From the NCBI RefSeq assembly GCF_018977255.1, contig NW_024704750.1, forward strand, positions 20,956,001 through 21,020,000: 64,000 nt of DNA. The letters are read 5' to 3'. This stretch comes from Callorhinchus milii. Its lineage: Eukaryota. The notes beneath the pieces were generated by a model that was given only the letters and a program-made list of their open reading frames with translations, was not told the DNA's origin and searched no databases. The position numbers and the translations under genes were made by a program. Numbering within the stretch: position 1 is the stretch's first letter; each line of letters begins with the position of its first letter. Below are positions 33,941 through 46,019 of this stretch, one piece after another.

Positions 33941-34189
33941 CAGACAACTCTCCTCTACCCCCTCTCTGAGGGGCTGGCTCTCCCACTCCTACACCCTGAG
34001 GGGCTGTCTCTCTGCCTTTCCTACCCCCTGAGGGCTGACTCACAAAGAGTCATGGATTGGATGACCAAATGTTTTATTTTTTTAAGGGATTTTTCCACTG
34101 TTCTTCCAATAATATTGAGTGCCCTGGTATGGAACTCAGGTCCTCTTGCTTGTGAGTCAAGCGCTCTAACCACTGAGACACCAGGGTCT

Positions 34190-34920
34190 GGATAACTGTA
34201 GCTGAATGTGGACAAAATGGAAGCCATACTCTTTGGCTCGCGTCAATGTCTTCACTCCTCTGGATCTAAACTCCTCAACCATCCTGGGCTCTCTCTCATA
34301 CTCACCGAACCAGTGTGCAATCTATACATCCAGTTCGAACCCCAGTTGTCCTTCCTTCCCCCACATCCGGTCCCTAACTGGGTCCACCTTCCTCCACCTC
34401 TGCCACATTGCCCGCCTCCGACTGTAGCTTACCCCAAATGCAACCAAAACCCTCTTGCATGTGTTTGTCACCTCCCGCCTGGATTACTCCAACGCACTCC
34501 TTGCCGGTCTCCATAGCTCCACTATTGAAAAATCCAGCTCATTCAAAACTCTGCCGCCCGCATACTGACCCAGACCAAACTCAATACCCACATCTCACCA
34601 GTTCTGGCCCAGGCTCCACTGGCTCCACATCACCGATTTATTCAACTTCAAGATCCTCACTCTCGTGTTCAAATCACTTCACTCCCTGGCACCACCCTAC
34701 CTCTCCGACCTCCTCACTCCCCAATCCGACAACTAGCGCTTCCGCTCGACTGTCACAGGGCTCCTGCTTGTCCCTCGCACACTCCACCCCACCATTGGAG
34801 GTTGCGCTTTCAGCCACTACATTCCGAAACTTTGGAACACTCTCCCTCAATCCCTCTGCCTTGCCCCCTCTCTCCCCCTTTTCAAGTCCCACCTTAAAAC
34901 CTTCCTTTTCGGCTTTGCTT
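34190..34920 (+). mobile_element. Degenerate L2 LINE 3' fragment
   Basis: LNVDKMEAILFG, RLDYSNALLAG and IQNSAARIL-type motifs with frameshifts. Confidence 0.8.
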
Positions 34921-37424
34921 ACAACACAATACAAAATGACATTTCCAAAGCGCCTTTCACGTCAGGAGGACATCCCAAGGTGCGCTGAACAGTGAGGGAT
35001 TAGAACCTGAGTGGAGGGGGTGTAGGTTGGGATCAGGGAGGGTGGAGGGCAGAGAAGGTAGGAGGGTGGCTGAAGGCACAGTCAAAGAGGAGGATCTTGA
35101 GGCATGTCTTGAAGGAGGTAAGGGAGGGAGCAGGGTGAAGGGATGGGATATTCCAGAGGGTGTGGGCAGAGAGACTAAAGGCCTGACCGCTGATGGTGGG
35201 ATGGCCGGACAGGGAACGTGGAGCAGGCTGAGCTGAGGGCGCGGACCAGTTGATAAGGGGTTAGCGGATCGGAGAGATAGGAGGGGACAAGGCCATGGAG
35301 GGTCATCTCCCAGCACCCCCCCCCCCCCCCACCCCGGCTTGGAGACAGGCTCCGCCATTGTTAAGTATTCTGAGATGCTGCCCTGTGTGTAATAAATAAT
35401 AATCCTTGCATTTGATATAGCGCTTTTCACGTCTTCAAGACATGTCAAAGCGCTTCACAGAATATAATGTAAAGTGAATTGACTGTGTATTCGTGGGTGA
35501 AACGTGGCAGCCAATTGTGCACAGCAGTGCCCCACAAACAGTTGTGGAATGAAGTGACCCGATTTATTTTTTTCTTGAGGGATTATCATTAGTGTAGAGC
35601 GCTATATAATTGCAATTTTTTGTTGTAAACTACAAGACTCCACAAACTCCACAGGAACATCCCCGCATCATTCATAATGTCTCCATATGTGAGTGATGTT
35701 CAATGACATGTTCCAAAACGCGCGGTTCCTTCTGAGTATTCTGGTTTAAACGTCCTGTGCTTACAAAACTCAGTGTTGCAAATTAGTTGTGTTATTCCTG
35801 AGCATTAGTTTCACATTATTTTCATTTGGAATTGTCTCGGTTGCTGAGACAAGATATCATGTCTATTTCTATATCTAAATCAGTGAACAGTCGCAAACCA
35901 TTACTGAAGTTTAATCATGTTCTGAAAATGTTACAAAAAGCATTCATCAACCATCATTGGGGTTATCACTCGTGACGTTCGACAGATTCGACAGAGAATC
36001 GTACATTCTCCTGGGTGCTGCAAGTTGCTTTATGTGGCAATTAAACAAAGGAAGCAAAGAATAAATTCAGGGTAAGTGAACAAGATCATTCTCAGTGTGA
36101 TAAGGTGTGAAAATGACTCACAGGGCTAAGATGATATAAAGGAAGTCCAGCAGGAAACATCGAAGGACATTTTAAAAAAATGTTTTATAAAAATATATAT
36201 ATATAGTAATATATATTAACGACCTGGGTATAGGGAGCAAAATGTTGAAAGTTCACAGGAGACACAAAACTTGGAAACATAGTGGAAACTGGTAGCAGAC
36301 TACAGGAGGACAGACAGGCTGGTGAAATGGGCAGACACATGGCAGATGGAATTTAATGCAGAGAAGTGTGAAGTGAATCACTTTGGGAGGAGGGATGAGG
36401 AGACAATATAAGATAGTTTCAAAGGGGGTGCGGGGAAGAGAGACCTGGGGGTAATTTTGTTGTTGTTGTTCACATACACAAATCTTTGAAGGTGGCAAGA
36501 GACAAGATTCCTGGCACTAGTCTTGGGATTAATTGTACATTTATCTCCTTGAAATTTTATTTCACTCGACATTTTTACAGAAATTTCACGAAATGTCATT
36601 TTATGCATGTTTGTGCAGAAATATCATCGAATGTAATCTTACTTGACATTTGCACTTCTCTTAAGTTTTCGAGTTTCTCATGATGTAATACAACACGGCT
36701 GACCAACAGGATCTCAGAAGGAATGTTGGTACTTTAATTGAATCAAATCAACATCGATAAACCGTAATGCCATACACACAACCGAGATGCATAGTTCAGA
36801 TTCAAGGGCGATCAAATCTTTCCTCCAGGAGAGATGGTGACCACTTAGCATATGTCGATCCTTCTCCTTCTGTGGCGGTGTCTTGTCCTATTGATGTAAT
36901 GGGTTACCACTTTTATACTGTATTCTAAGGACAGCCCGACCAGGTGTCACCAATGGTTTCACAGAAACTACCCCTGATCAGTTCATTCTAGTTCTTTCTT
37001 TGTTTTACCTTTTTAACCTATTTGCATTCCTTCAGGCCTCCATGATCACTTTTCATATCCCCTTATCAAAGAGGATATCTTTGTTCGCCTTTGCTCGTCC
37101 TGCCTCCACGAGCCATCGTGTCTGGCACCATTTACATTCTCCCCCTCTATAATAATAATCCTTGTATAATAATGCGCCTTATCTCATCTTCGAGACGTCG
37201 CAAAGCGCTTCATAGAATATACTGTAAAGTGAATGGACTCGAGGCTGGAATACAGAGTTTGTGCATCAAATGTTATTATGCTCCACATTTGACTTGAAAC
37301 CACTGAAATTCTTCTCCACTCAATAATTTCACAGAAATTCGATGAAATGTTACGTTGTCCAACACACTGATTGTCCAGTGCCTTGGCACGTCCCCCCGAT
37401 GTGAAAGGCGCTATACAAATGCAT

Positions 37425-37560
37425 TTTTGTGCCGTGCGGTCAGTGAACCCGAGAGGCTGAAACTCTAGCCACGCACCAGGCACTCATAACATCCACTGTC
37501 CCCGCTAACACCCCTAATCCGTCACTGGCCTGAGAGACAGAGACTGAGAGAAAGACTGAG
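37425..37560 (-). pseudogene. Truncated C2H2 zinc-finger exon remnant
   Basis: Shares the acceptor region AGAGACTGAGAGAAAGACT and GCACTCATAAC.TCC with 40920-41060. Translates to GCYECLVRG*SFSLSGSLTA; cut off by an L2 tail. Confidence 0.6.
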
Positions 37561-38357
37561 GTTCTAATCTTGTTCCTGTCTGTTCAAGGTTTTGCGTAAA
37601 AAGTATTTATTTTTCAATGTACATAAATAAATACCACTTGAAACACACGCGTCTATAATTTCCTTTATTTCTCAATTGATTAATTATTTTTCATGATAAA
37701 CCTAGCCCCTCGACCACTGGTAAGTCTAAACCTCACTCTTGTTCCCCTGCAACAGGGCATCCAATCTTCTGGCTGCCATGAGCCACGTAAGCAAGTTTTG
37801 TGTTTCCTTTCCAGAAACATTTAGAACACTCTTTTCACATTCAAAGGACATCTTAGAGAACTCGACGCCTGCCAACTAGGCACCAAGCTGGGGATGGGAG
37901 CCAAGAGAGGTGGGATGGGAAAAGCATGGCTAAAAAGTTAGATCTTCACATGCCTTGAAAGAGGGGAAGGAGGGAGCAAGTTGGAGGGACTCCCAGAATG
38001 GAACTCCAAAGCAGCCGTAAAAGATGGGGTGCTCCAGCATGAAGCAAACCAGTGTTTGTTGGGTAAATGGCAGAGGTAGGGTGGGGAGAATGATGGACAT
38101 AGAAGTTTCTTACTGGGAATAGAGGAAGTTTTCTGTGAGGGCCTCACAGCACGCCTCCCCCCACTCCTCAATCACAGGTGTTTTTATTTATGTCTCTCCC
38201 TCATACTCTCTCAATGTCTCCTCTCAGTGTACTCTCGCACAGACTCTCCATCTCCCCCCCCCCCCCCCCACCGCCCGTCTTTCTTATTCAGCAGCACAGC
38301 TTTGGCAGCGGGATCGGCTGCTCCACCACTCACGTGACATGCCACAGAAGGCCGGTA

Positions 38358-38716
38358 TTATAATAATAATCCTTGCATTTGATATAGCACCTTATCACGT
38401 CTTCGAGACGTCTCAAAACTCTTCATAGCATACACTGTAAAGTGAATTGACTATATTCTGTGGGATACACAGCAGCTAATTGCACACCACAATGTTCCAC
38501 AAACATCGTGGATTGAGTGACCAAATTATTATTATTTATTTGAAAGGATTATTACCCTTGGAGAAGCGATCCGCCAAACGACTAACAACTTGGTTCCTAC
38601 TTACTGCTAGGTAAACAGAGGTGTGTGGAGTAAGGAAACTTGCCCAGAGTTTCGCCCTGCCCGGGAATCGAACCCAGGTCTCTCGCTTGTGATGTGAGTG
38701 CTCTAACCACTAAGCC
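38358..38716 (-). mobile_element. tRNA-derived SINE (dominant family)
   Basis: Near-complete reverse copy with B box GGTTCGATTCCC. Confidence 0.85.
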
Positions 38717-39729
38717 TTCCCAACTCTTCCCTCCACAAGATCATCCAGAACTCTGCAGCTTGGCCACATGATCCCATCATCCCCACCCGGCTCCCCAATC
38801 CCCCAGAGGATAGACTTCAAAATCCTCATATTCAAGGCCCTCCATGCCCTTGCCGCTTCCTAATTCTGTGACCTACTAACCCCATATCAACCTGTCCGCT
38901 TCCTCCGCTCAGCATTGGTCGGTCAGGCCTTCAGCCTCTCTGCCCCCACCATTTGTAATTCCATCCCACATTCCCTTCGCCTCGCTCCCTTCTTTGCCCT
39001 CTTCAAGGCACATCTCAAGACCCTCCTCTTCGACCATGCCTTCAGCCACCCTCCTTGATCCTAAACGCCTGCTTGGGTCCAAATCCAACTGTCCACAGTG
39101 CCTTTGGACGTCCTCCCGACATCAAATGGACCATACAAATATAATTGTATTGTAAGCTACATTATTCTCACTCTCCGCGCTGCGTCCTTCCAACCGCTGC
39201 CATGAGAGGACGGTTCCACGAGAAGGGAGGGAGCAGGCAGCCCAAAGTTGGAAATGGTCTCAGGCTGGATAACATCAAACTCCAGGCCGGGTGCAGCCCA
39301 CTTGTTGGGACTACACTGCTCTACGACAACTACAAAACCCGTCGCAGATTTTAATACAAAAAAAAGTAACAAAATGACAAAAAAAAAACACATGTACATC
39401 CAGCACCGGAGAAGAAATTTAAACCCTGTCCAATGGAGGTCTTCCACTCTCCTCGCACTCAAAGGGTTGGAGGTTTGAGCTCCCCCCCACCACACGAAGG
39501 TTCCAGCTCCCCACACACACACACACACACACACTCGGGGCTCCTTGCTCCCAGTCCAGTCTGATGCTCCGGTGCAGCGCTAGGAGAGCATCGCGGTGTC
39601 AGACCTTCACAACTTCTGTGAACGTGTCTGCCCTCAGGGAGGGCATACGTTAAACACCTCCCCTGTTGGGTTCGGGGGGGGGGAAGAGAGGATGTTTCTC
39701 TCTCCCAGTGTCCTGTGTGCGTATTACGG

Positions 39730-39958
39730 TCACCAGCTCAGACGTGTGTGTTTGTATATTATTGTCCCCAGCTCAGGCGTGTGAGTATTGCCGTTCCCAG
39801 CTCAGGTGTGCGTGTGTCTTATGGTCCCCAGCTCAGGTGTGTGTGTTTGTTGGTGACTCCATTCAGGGGTGTGTGTATGTGTGTGCGTGCGTGTCTCTGC
39901 CCCAACTCAGGTGTGTGTGTTCTTCGATGCCCGGCTCAGGCGTGTGTGTGCTGGTGAC
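39730..39958. repeat. Degenerate ~30-35 bp tandem repeat (CCCAGCTCAGGTGTGTGTG...), about 7 units
   Basis: Units start near 39732, 39767, 39796, 39827, 39858, 39901 and 39930. Confidence 0.75.
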
Positions 39959-41018
39959 GCCGCAGGGCGCCAGAGGTGTTGAAGCGTTTCTGGCACTGGC
40001 TGCACTGGTACGGCCGCTCCCCAGTGTGTGTGCGCTGGTGAGCGCGGAGCGAGCCCGAGTGTGTGAAGCGTTTGGCGCAGTGCGAGCACTCGTACGGCCT
40101 CTCCCCTGTGTGTGTGCGCTGGTGGGTGAGAAGGGCGCCTGAGCGGTTGAAGCGCTTGTGGCACTGGCCGCACTGGTAGGGCCTCTCCCCGGTGTGTGTA
40201 CGAGCATGCGCGGTCAGTGAGCCCGAGTGGCTGAAACGCTTGCCACAGGCCGAGCACTCGTACGGTCTCTCTCCTGTGTGTGTGCGCTGGTGCGTGGCCA
40301 GGGCACCGGGGCGGTTAAAGCGCGCCTTGCACACGGTGCAGGCGTGGGGCCGGCCCCCAGTGTGCGTGGTCTGGTGCTTGCGGAGCGCGCTGGGCACGGG
40401 GAAGCGCTTGCCGCACTGGCCGCACTGGTGCGGTTTGTCGCCTGTGTGGTTGCGGTGGTGGAGCAGGCGGCCGCTAGCCGTGCGGAAGCGCTTGTGGCAG
40501 ATCACACACTCGAAGGGCTTCTCACCAGTGTGCGTGCGGGCGTGCGCGGTCAGCCCGCAGGATTTGGTGAAGCGTTTCTGACACACCGTGCACTGGAACG
40601 GCCTGTCTCCCGAGTGCGTGCGCTGGTGACGCATCATGTTGCAGGACTGGGAGAAGCGGCGGCTGCAGACGGGACACTGGAAACTCTTCTCCCCGGAGTG
40701 CGTACGGAGGTGGAGGATCTGCTCACCGGACGTGGCAAAGCGTTTCTGGCACAGCGAGCACTGGAATGGTCTCTCTCCCGTGTGCGAGCGCTGGTGCACA
40801 CACAGCCCGCTCGCCGTGCGGTAACGCTTCTCACACAGCCGACACCCGTACGGTCGCTCCCCCGTGTGAGAGCGCTCATGGATCCGCAGCTTGGAGGCTC
40901 CGCGGAAACGCTTCCCGCACACCGGGCACTCATAACGTCCCTCACTGGCCCCAGTAACGGCCAACGGCAATGTCTCTACACCATCTGCTAACACTGCCTG
41001 GTCCGTCTCTGTCTCCAT
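39936..41018 (-). CDS. C2H2 zinc-finger protein, 12 tandem fingers, 360 aa
   Basis: Twelve CxxC-x12-HxxxH units with TGERP/TGEKP-type linkers. A polypyrimidine tract and AG acceptor (41026-41027) lie 7 nt before the ATG, so an upstream exon is required. Confidence 0.92.
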   Translation of the reverse strand: METETDQAVLADGVETLPLAVTGASEGRYECPVCGKRFRGASKLRIHERSHTGERPYGCRLCEKRYRTASGLCVHQRSHTGERPFQCSLCQKRFATSGEQILHLRTHSGEKSFQCPVCSRRFSQSCNMMRHQRTHSGDRPFQCTVCQKRFTKSCGLTAHARTHTGEKPFECVICHKRFRTASGRLLHHRNHTGDKPHQCGQCGKRFPVPSALRKHQTTHTGGRPHACTVCKARFNRPGALATHQRTHTGERPYECSACGKRFSHSGSLTAHARTHTGERPYQCGQCHKRFNRSGALLTHQRTHTGERPYECSHCAKRFTHSGSLRAHQRTHTGERPYQCSQCQKRFNTSGALRRHQHTHA

Positions 41019-41092
41019 TACCGGTCTGAGAGAGAGAAATAGAGACTGAGAGAAAGACTTATCACATCATTGCCTGTAAATGGATGAGCACG

Positions 41093-41093
<1 letters not shown>

Positions 41094-41136
<43 letters not shown>
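41094..41136. repeat. (CAAT)n microsatellite
   Basis: About ten perfect CAAT units. Confidence 0.9.
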
Positions 41137-41138
<2 letters not shown>

Positions 41139-42209
41139 TTTGACTCCTCCCATTTCCTCCCTTGTTCTGCGTTCCTCCGCCTCTTCATTGATTGACAGCC
41201 CAACTCCAGCCACTTGTGAATGGGTGGAGACTGATGTCAATCAGTTGTAGACTCCTCCCATCGCCATGCGGGAGCCCCTTGTGGCTGAATGGAGGCGCTC
41301 GACAGACAGAAGGCACGAGTGAGGGCATTCAGTGGCGACCAGGGTGGCATTTTGCCCGGATTAAACTGGATGCTTGTCCAAATCAACCGGCATATTTAAA
41401 ACAAGTAAGAATCGGGGCTGGGCGGTTTGTTCGGTTCATCCAGCGTTGACTGGTGTCTGCTTAAAACAGATTCCACTTTACATATAATCCAGTGGTAGAT
41501 ATAATGTAACATGTAATGTAATATAATATATATATATCTGTGATGACAATTCTATATAACAGTATACAGGGAGAGAGAGACAGACATACACACACGTAAT
41601 AAAATATAAAATGTAATGTAAATGTAAATAAAATGATATATAGTCTAAGCGCTCCGAGACCCTACCCTGCGTGGTGGGCGCTATGTAAGGGCAAGTTGTT
41701 GTTGTATATATCTGTGTGATATAATATATATAAACCGGTGATAGATGTAATGTAATATGTAATACAACATGTCATATAATAATATTTACAGTGATGCGTG
41801 TGTCACAGTCACTGTGTGTGTGTTCACACTATTTTGTTATAGTAATAATATAATTATATAATATAATGTATATCTGTGACAAACAATTATAAATACAATA
41901 TACAGAGAGAGACACACAAACACACATAATTGAATATACTTATATATATGGTAAGATTATTCCGGTGATGATAATAATCTTTGCATTCACATCGTTGAGA
42001 CGTCTCAAAGCGCTTCACAGAATGTATTGTAAAATGTAGTGACTGTGTGTTCTGTGGGCGACACGGTGCTAACAGAATATATAATTATATACAGTATAAT
42101 ATTATTATTTGGAGGGGGATTATTACGCCCTTATTATAAATTACAATAGTCAGTTCAATCCACCACTGTTTGCGGGACACTGCGGTGGGCAAACGGCGGC
42201 CGCGTTTCT

Positions 42210-42552
42210 CCCCCCCCGCCCCATACTCCCCAAATACCCCCCAATACCTCCCAAATACACCCCCCTAACCAGCCCCCCCCAATATAGCCCCCCCAAATAC
42301 AGCCCAATATAGCCCCACCAAATAACCCCTCCAAAAATACTCCCTATACCTCCTAAATACACCCCCAAACCACCCCCCCAATATAGCCCCCACAAAATAT
42401 AGCCCCCACCAAACTTCCCCAATACTCCCCAAATACCCCCAACCCTCCCCATACCTCCCAAATACACCACGAATACCCCCTAATATAGCCCCCCCAATAG
42501 TCCCCAAATATCCCCCAACAACACCCCCCAATACCTCCCAAATACGCCCCCC
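42210..42552. repeat. C-rich low-complexity array (inverse of the 48020-51170 array), running into the gap
   Basis: CCCCAATAC, CCCAAATAC and CCCCATAC units. Confidence 0.9.
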
Positions 42553-42577
42553 NNNNNNNNNNNNNNNNNNNNNNNNN
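42553..42577. other. Assembly gap (25 N)
   Basis: Run of N. Confidence 1.
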
Positions 42578-42875
42578 GAGAGAGGAAAGGGCGAAGCTGG
42601 GAGGCAACAGCTCTCTCAAGAACCTTATACTGAAAAGAGAGGTTGGAGATGGGCCGGTAACTGGATAGCTGTGTTGGGTCAAGGGAAGGTTTCTTCAAGG
42701 TGGGTAGTGGCTGTTTTGAGGAGGGTAGGAACATGCAAGATGACAGGGAGCGGTTGATGATAACGGTGAGTAGTGGGGCAAGGAGGTGGAGCTGGGATTT
42801 AAGGAAAGGGGTGGGGATGGGGTCCAGGGAGCAGGTGGTGGGCTTCATGGAGGATATGGTGGTGATGATAGAGGA
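42578..42875 (-). mobile_element. L2 LINE RT fragment
   Basis: MKPTTCSLDPIPT...LKKPSLDP...YRPISNL. Confidence 0.85.
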
Positions 42876-43385
42876 GGGTAAGAGATTGCACAGTCAGAGA
42901 CATAAACCAACCTTATCAAAGGATTATGAATAGGTTACATTCTAAAAGAATATAAAGATTAATTAAAGGTCTCAAAAAAACATTAAGCATCACAAATATA
43001 ATCTTACAACCACACATTACATTTACACAGCATCTTTCATATGGGGAGGACGTCCCAAGGCACTGGATAGTCAGCGATTTGGACCTGAGCTGGCGGTTGG
43101 GATCAGGATGGGAGGAGGGCAGGGAGGGTGGAGGTAGGAAGGTGACCGAAGGCACAAATGCACACATGGACACACACTCACACACAGTGATTGATGTCTC
43201 ACCTTGCACAGTGAGCTGCGCTACCGCTGTACAGGGAATAAACCAGTTCCTCCCTCTCACACTCACATACACAAGACACACACACAGTGACAGACCCACA
43301 CACACAACAGTGACTGTAGCACACACACAGAGACACACCCACAGATAAACACACACACATACATACACAGTGACTGACATCTCAC

Positions 43386-44913
43386 CTCGCACAGTGAGCT
43401 GCACTACCTGACTGTACGGGGAATAAACCAGTTGCTTCTCCCCACGCACAGCGTACACGCACTCGTACCCCCCTGCATTCTCAGTGGTGACGTTGTGGAT
43501 GGTTAGAGTCACTCGCTGGTCAGTGACCTGGTCCCAGCGCTGGAGGATGGTGCCTTGGACTTTATACAGGAAAACATGGCTCGGGGGAGGGGGCGGCATG
43601 GAGCATGATACACGCACCGTGTCGCCCTCCCCCACCACACCGTCCATCGGCTCCACACACACGGTGGGGAGAGGGAGGTCACCTGTAACCAAAGAATGTG
43701 TTAGAGAGAGAGAGAGAGAGTATGTGTGAGTGTGAGAGACTGAGAGAGAGAGAGAGGGTGAGGGAGAGGGGGAAGAGAGGGAAATTTCCACCTTGACAAG
43801 GAGTGAGGTTTAATGTCTCTGACTGTGCAATCTCTTACCCTTCCACAGGGGCTGACATTCTCCAGTGAAGGAACCCACTGCAGAGAAATATAAAGATTAA
43901 ACTCAAACATTAGTGTGTCAGCTTGGCTCAGTCACTCTCTCTGTATATACAGTATATATGTTACAGTAAAGTTGTGAAACCAGAAACTTCTCAACCAGAC
44001 ATCACAACCATGCAATAAGGCGTTTTATCAGATGTGAGAATTATTATAATTATTATAATAATAATAATATTATACCGAGGCATGTAATGTAGCCCATCAC
44101 ACAGAGGATACAGTTCAAGATCCTGGTCCTCACCTTCATGACTTTGCTTCCCTCTACCTCTGCGACCTCGTAACCATCTACCAACCTGCCTTCTTCCTCC
44201 ACTCAGCAGGCTCCGGACTGCTTTATGGCCCCCGCCTCGCCCCATCGTTGGAGGGTGGGTGTTCTGCCACTCTACCCCACTCCCTAGAACTCCATCCCAC
44301 AGTCCATCCCACTCGCCCCCTCCCTTGCCTCCTTCAAGACTCATCTCAAAACCCTCCTCCCCCCCCCCCGCCCTCCATCCTCCCCTATCCCGATCCCCAG
44401 CTCAGGTCCAAAACAGGGACTATCCAGCGGCTTTCGACATCCTCCCAACGGGAAAGGCACTATACAAATGTTGTTTGTTGTTGTTGTTGTAGCGGGTAGC
44501 ACGTTCGCATCACAAGTGAGAGGACCCAGGTTTGATTCCCGGGGGTGGGGGGTGCGAAAACTTTCGCACCGTTCAACGGTCCCAACTCCAACGTTCCCAA
44601 CTCCACAAGCCTCTGTTTACCTAGCAGTTAAGTAGGAACCCGCTTGTTAGTTGATTGGCTAATCGCTTTCCGAGGGTAATAATCCCTCCAACATAATAAT
44701 AATTTGGTCACTCAATCCACGACTGTTTGTGGTACGTTGCTGCCGCGTTTCACCCATAAAAAATCGTCACTAACCTTCACAGTACATCCTTTGAAGCGCT
44801 TTGAGATGTCTCAAAGACATGAAAGGCGCTATATCTAATGCAAGGATTATTATTTTTATTATTCAAAGAGAAGTACACTCACCCAGCGAGAGAACCAGGT
44901 AAAGAAGAAACAT
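43386..44913 (-). CDS. Ig-superfamily (LRC-type C2 domain) gene, 5' part: split signal peptide plus one Ig exon; 3' exons not seen
   Basis: Exon 1 44883-44913 (MFLLYLVLSL, 31 nt), mini-exon 43839-43877 (VGSFTGECQPLWK, 39 nt) and Ig exon 43386-43682 (297 nt: DLPLPTVCVEP..VV.EGDTVRVSC...ENAGGYECVY...YSPYSQVVQLTV). All introns are phase 1, GT-AG. Confidence 0.8.
44490..44860 (+). mobile_element. tRNA-derived SINE in Ig gene intron 1
   Basis: Dominant SINE family sequence. Confidence 0.8.
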
Positions 44914-45319
44914 AGCCAAGGTCTTCCCTTTGCAGAATAATCTCAAATTAGACAGAGTTTAGCTTGCTGCTCCCCAAACAGCAGACGTGTCTGAGCCAAA
45001 CTCAGTCCCTGACGGACAGAGATAAGACCTCGAAACCCAGGACTAAACACACGACGGAAATTAGTGCGTTTTATCCATAGGACACAGAGAGGCATCCTGT
45101 CACGAACCGACAATAACTCGTTTCTATAAATAATAATGATCCTTGCATTTGATATAGCGCATTTTCATGTCATTGAGACCTCTCAAAGTGCTTCACAGAA
45201 TATATTCTAAAATGTAGTGATTGCATACTTTGTTGGGGTAACACCATATTTTGTGTATAGTTTGACAATAATGTGTGGGTTAAATGTGGTGATTGAGCGG
45301 GCGAGACATTGGGCATGTT

Positions 45320-45665
45320 ATAATAATAATCCTTGCATTTGATATAACGCCTTATCATGTCGTCGAGGCGTCTCAAAGCGCTTCACTGTAACTGTGACTG
45401 TGTACTTTATGAGTGAAACACAGCAGTCAATTACGCACAGCGATGTCCCAGTCAATTATGGATTGAGTGACCAAATTATTATTATTTTTTAGCGGGAATA
45501 TTACCCCGGAAAGCGATCATCCAATCGGTCAACAAGCTTACTGCTAGGTGAACAGAAGCGCATGGAATAAGGAAAGTTGCCTAAGGTTTTGTCCCGACCA
45601 AGAATCAAACCCAGAACCTTTCGCATGTGAGGCGAGCGCGCTAATCACTTTGCTACAGGACTTCA
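45320..45665 (-). mobile_element. tRNA-derived SINE (dominant family)
   Basis: Reverse copy. Confidence 0.8.
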
Positions 45666-46019
45666 CTATAATGCAAGTTGTTGTTATTGTTAAACACTGA
45701 AACTGTGGAATTTTCTGGATCACAAGAGGACATTCAGCCATCGTATCTCTTATCGTTTCTGAGCTGTTTCATGGTGTAAGTCAACAATAATAACATAAAC
45801 TCTTTACAAAGGCGCCTCTCACACCTACACCTTATGTTTATTACTTTTTATTATTAAATTTGTTTAATTTTTTTGAAAAACACAGAGGAGAAGAGAAAGC
45901 GGAGAGTCTTTCAATGTGAAAAAATATATTATTACATTAAAAAAAGAAAAAGGTTTTAAATGTTTTCAATGAGTTTGGTGCACTCACTGGTTGTGAGGCG
46001 GTGGCCATCTTTAGTGTTC

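Noticed and set aside
35900-36900. Possible exons (donor CAGG|GTAAGT near 36071; acceptor near 36709)
   Set aside because: No recognisable protein and stops in the tested frames; a lncRNA cannot be supported from sequence alone.
39666-40991. Antisense and alternative ORFs over the ZNF exon
   Set aside because: Typical shadow ORFs of C2H2 arrays and (GT)n repeats.
42916-43791. The 291-aa ORF as a single-exon Ig membrane protein
   Set aside because: Its N-terminus is (CT)n/(CA)n intron sequence, and canonical splice sites delimit the Ig exon at 43386-43682.
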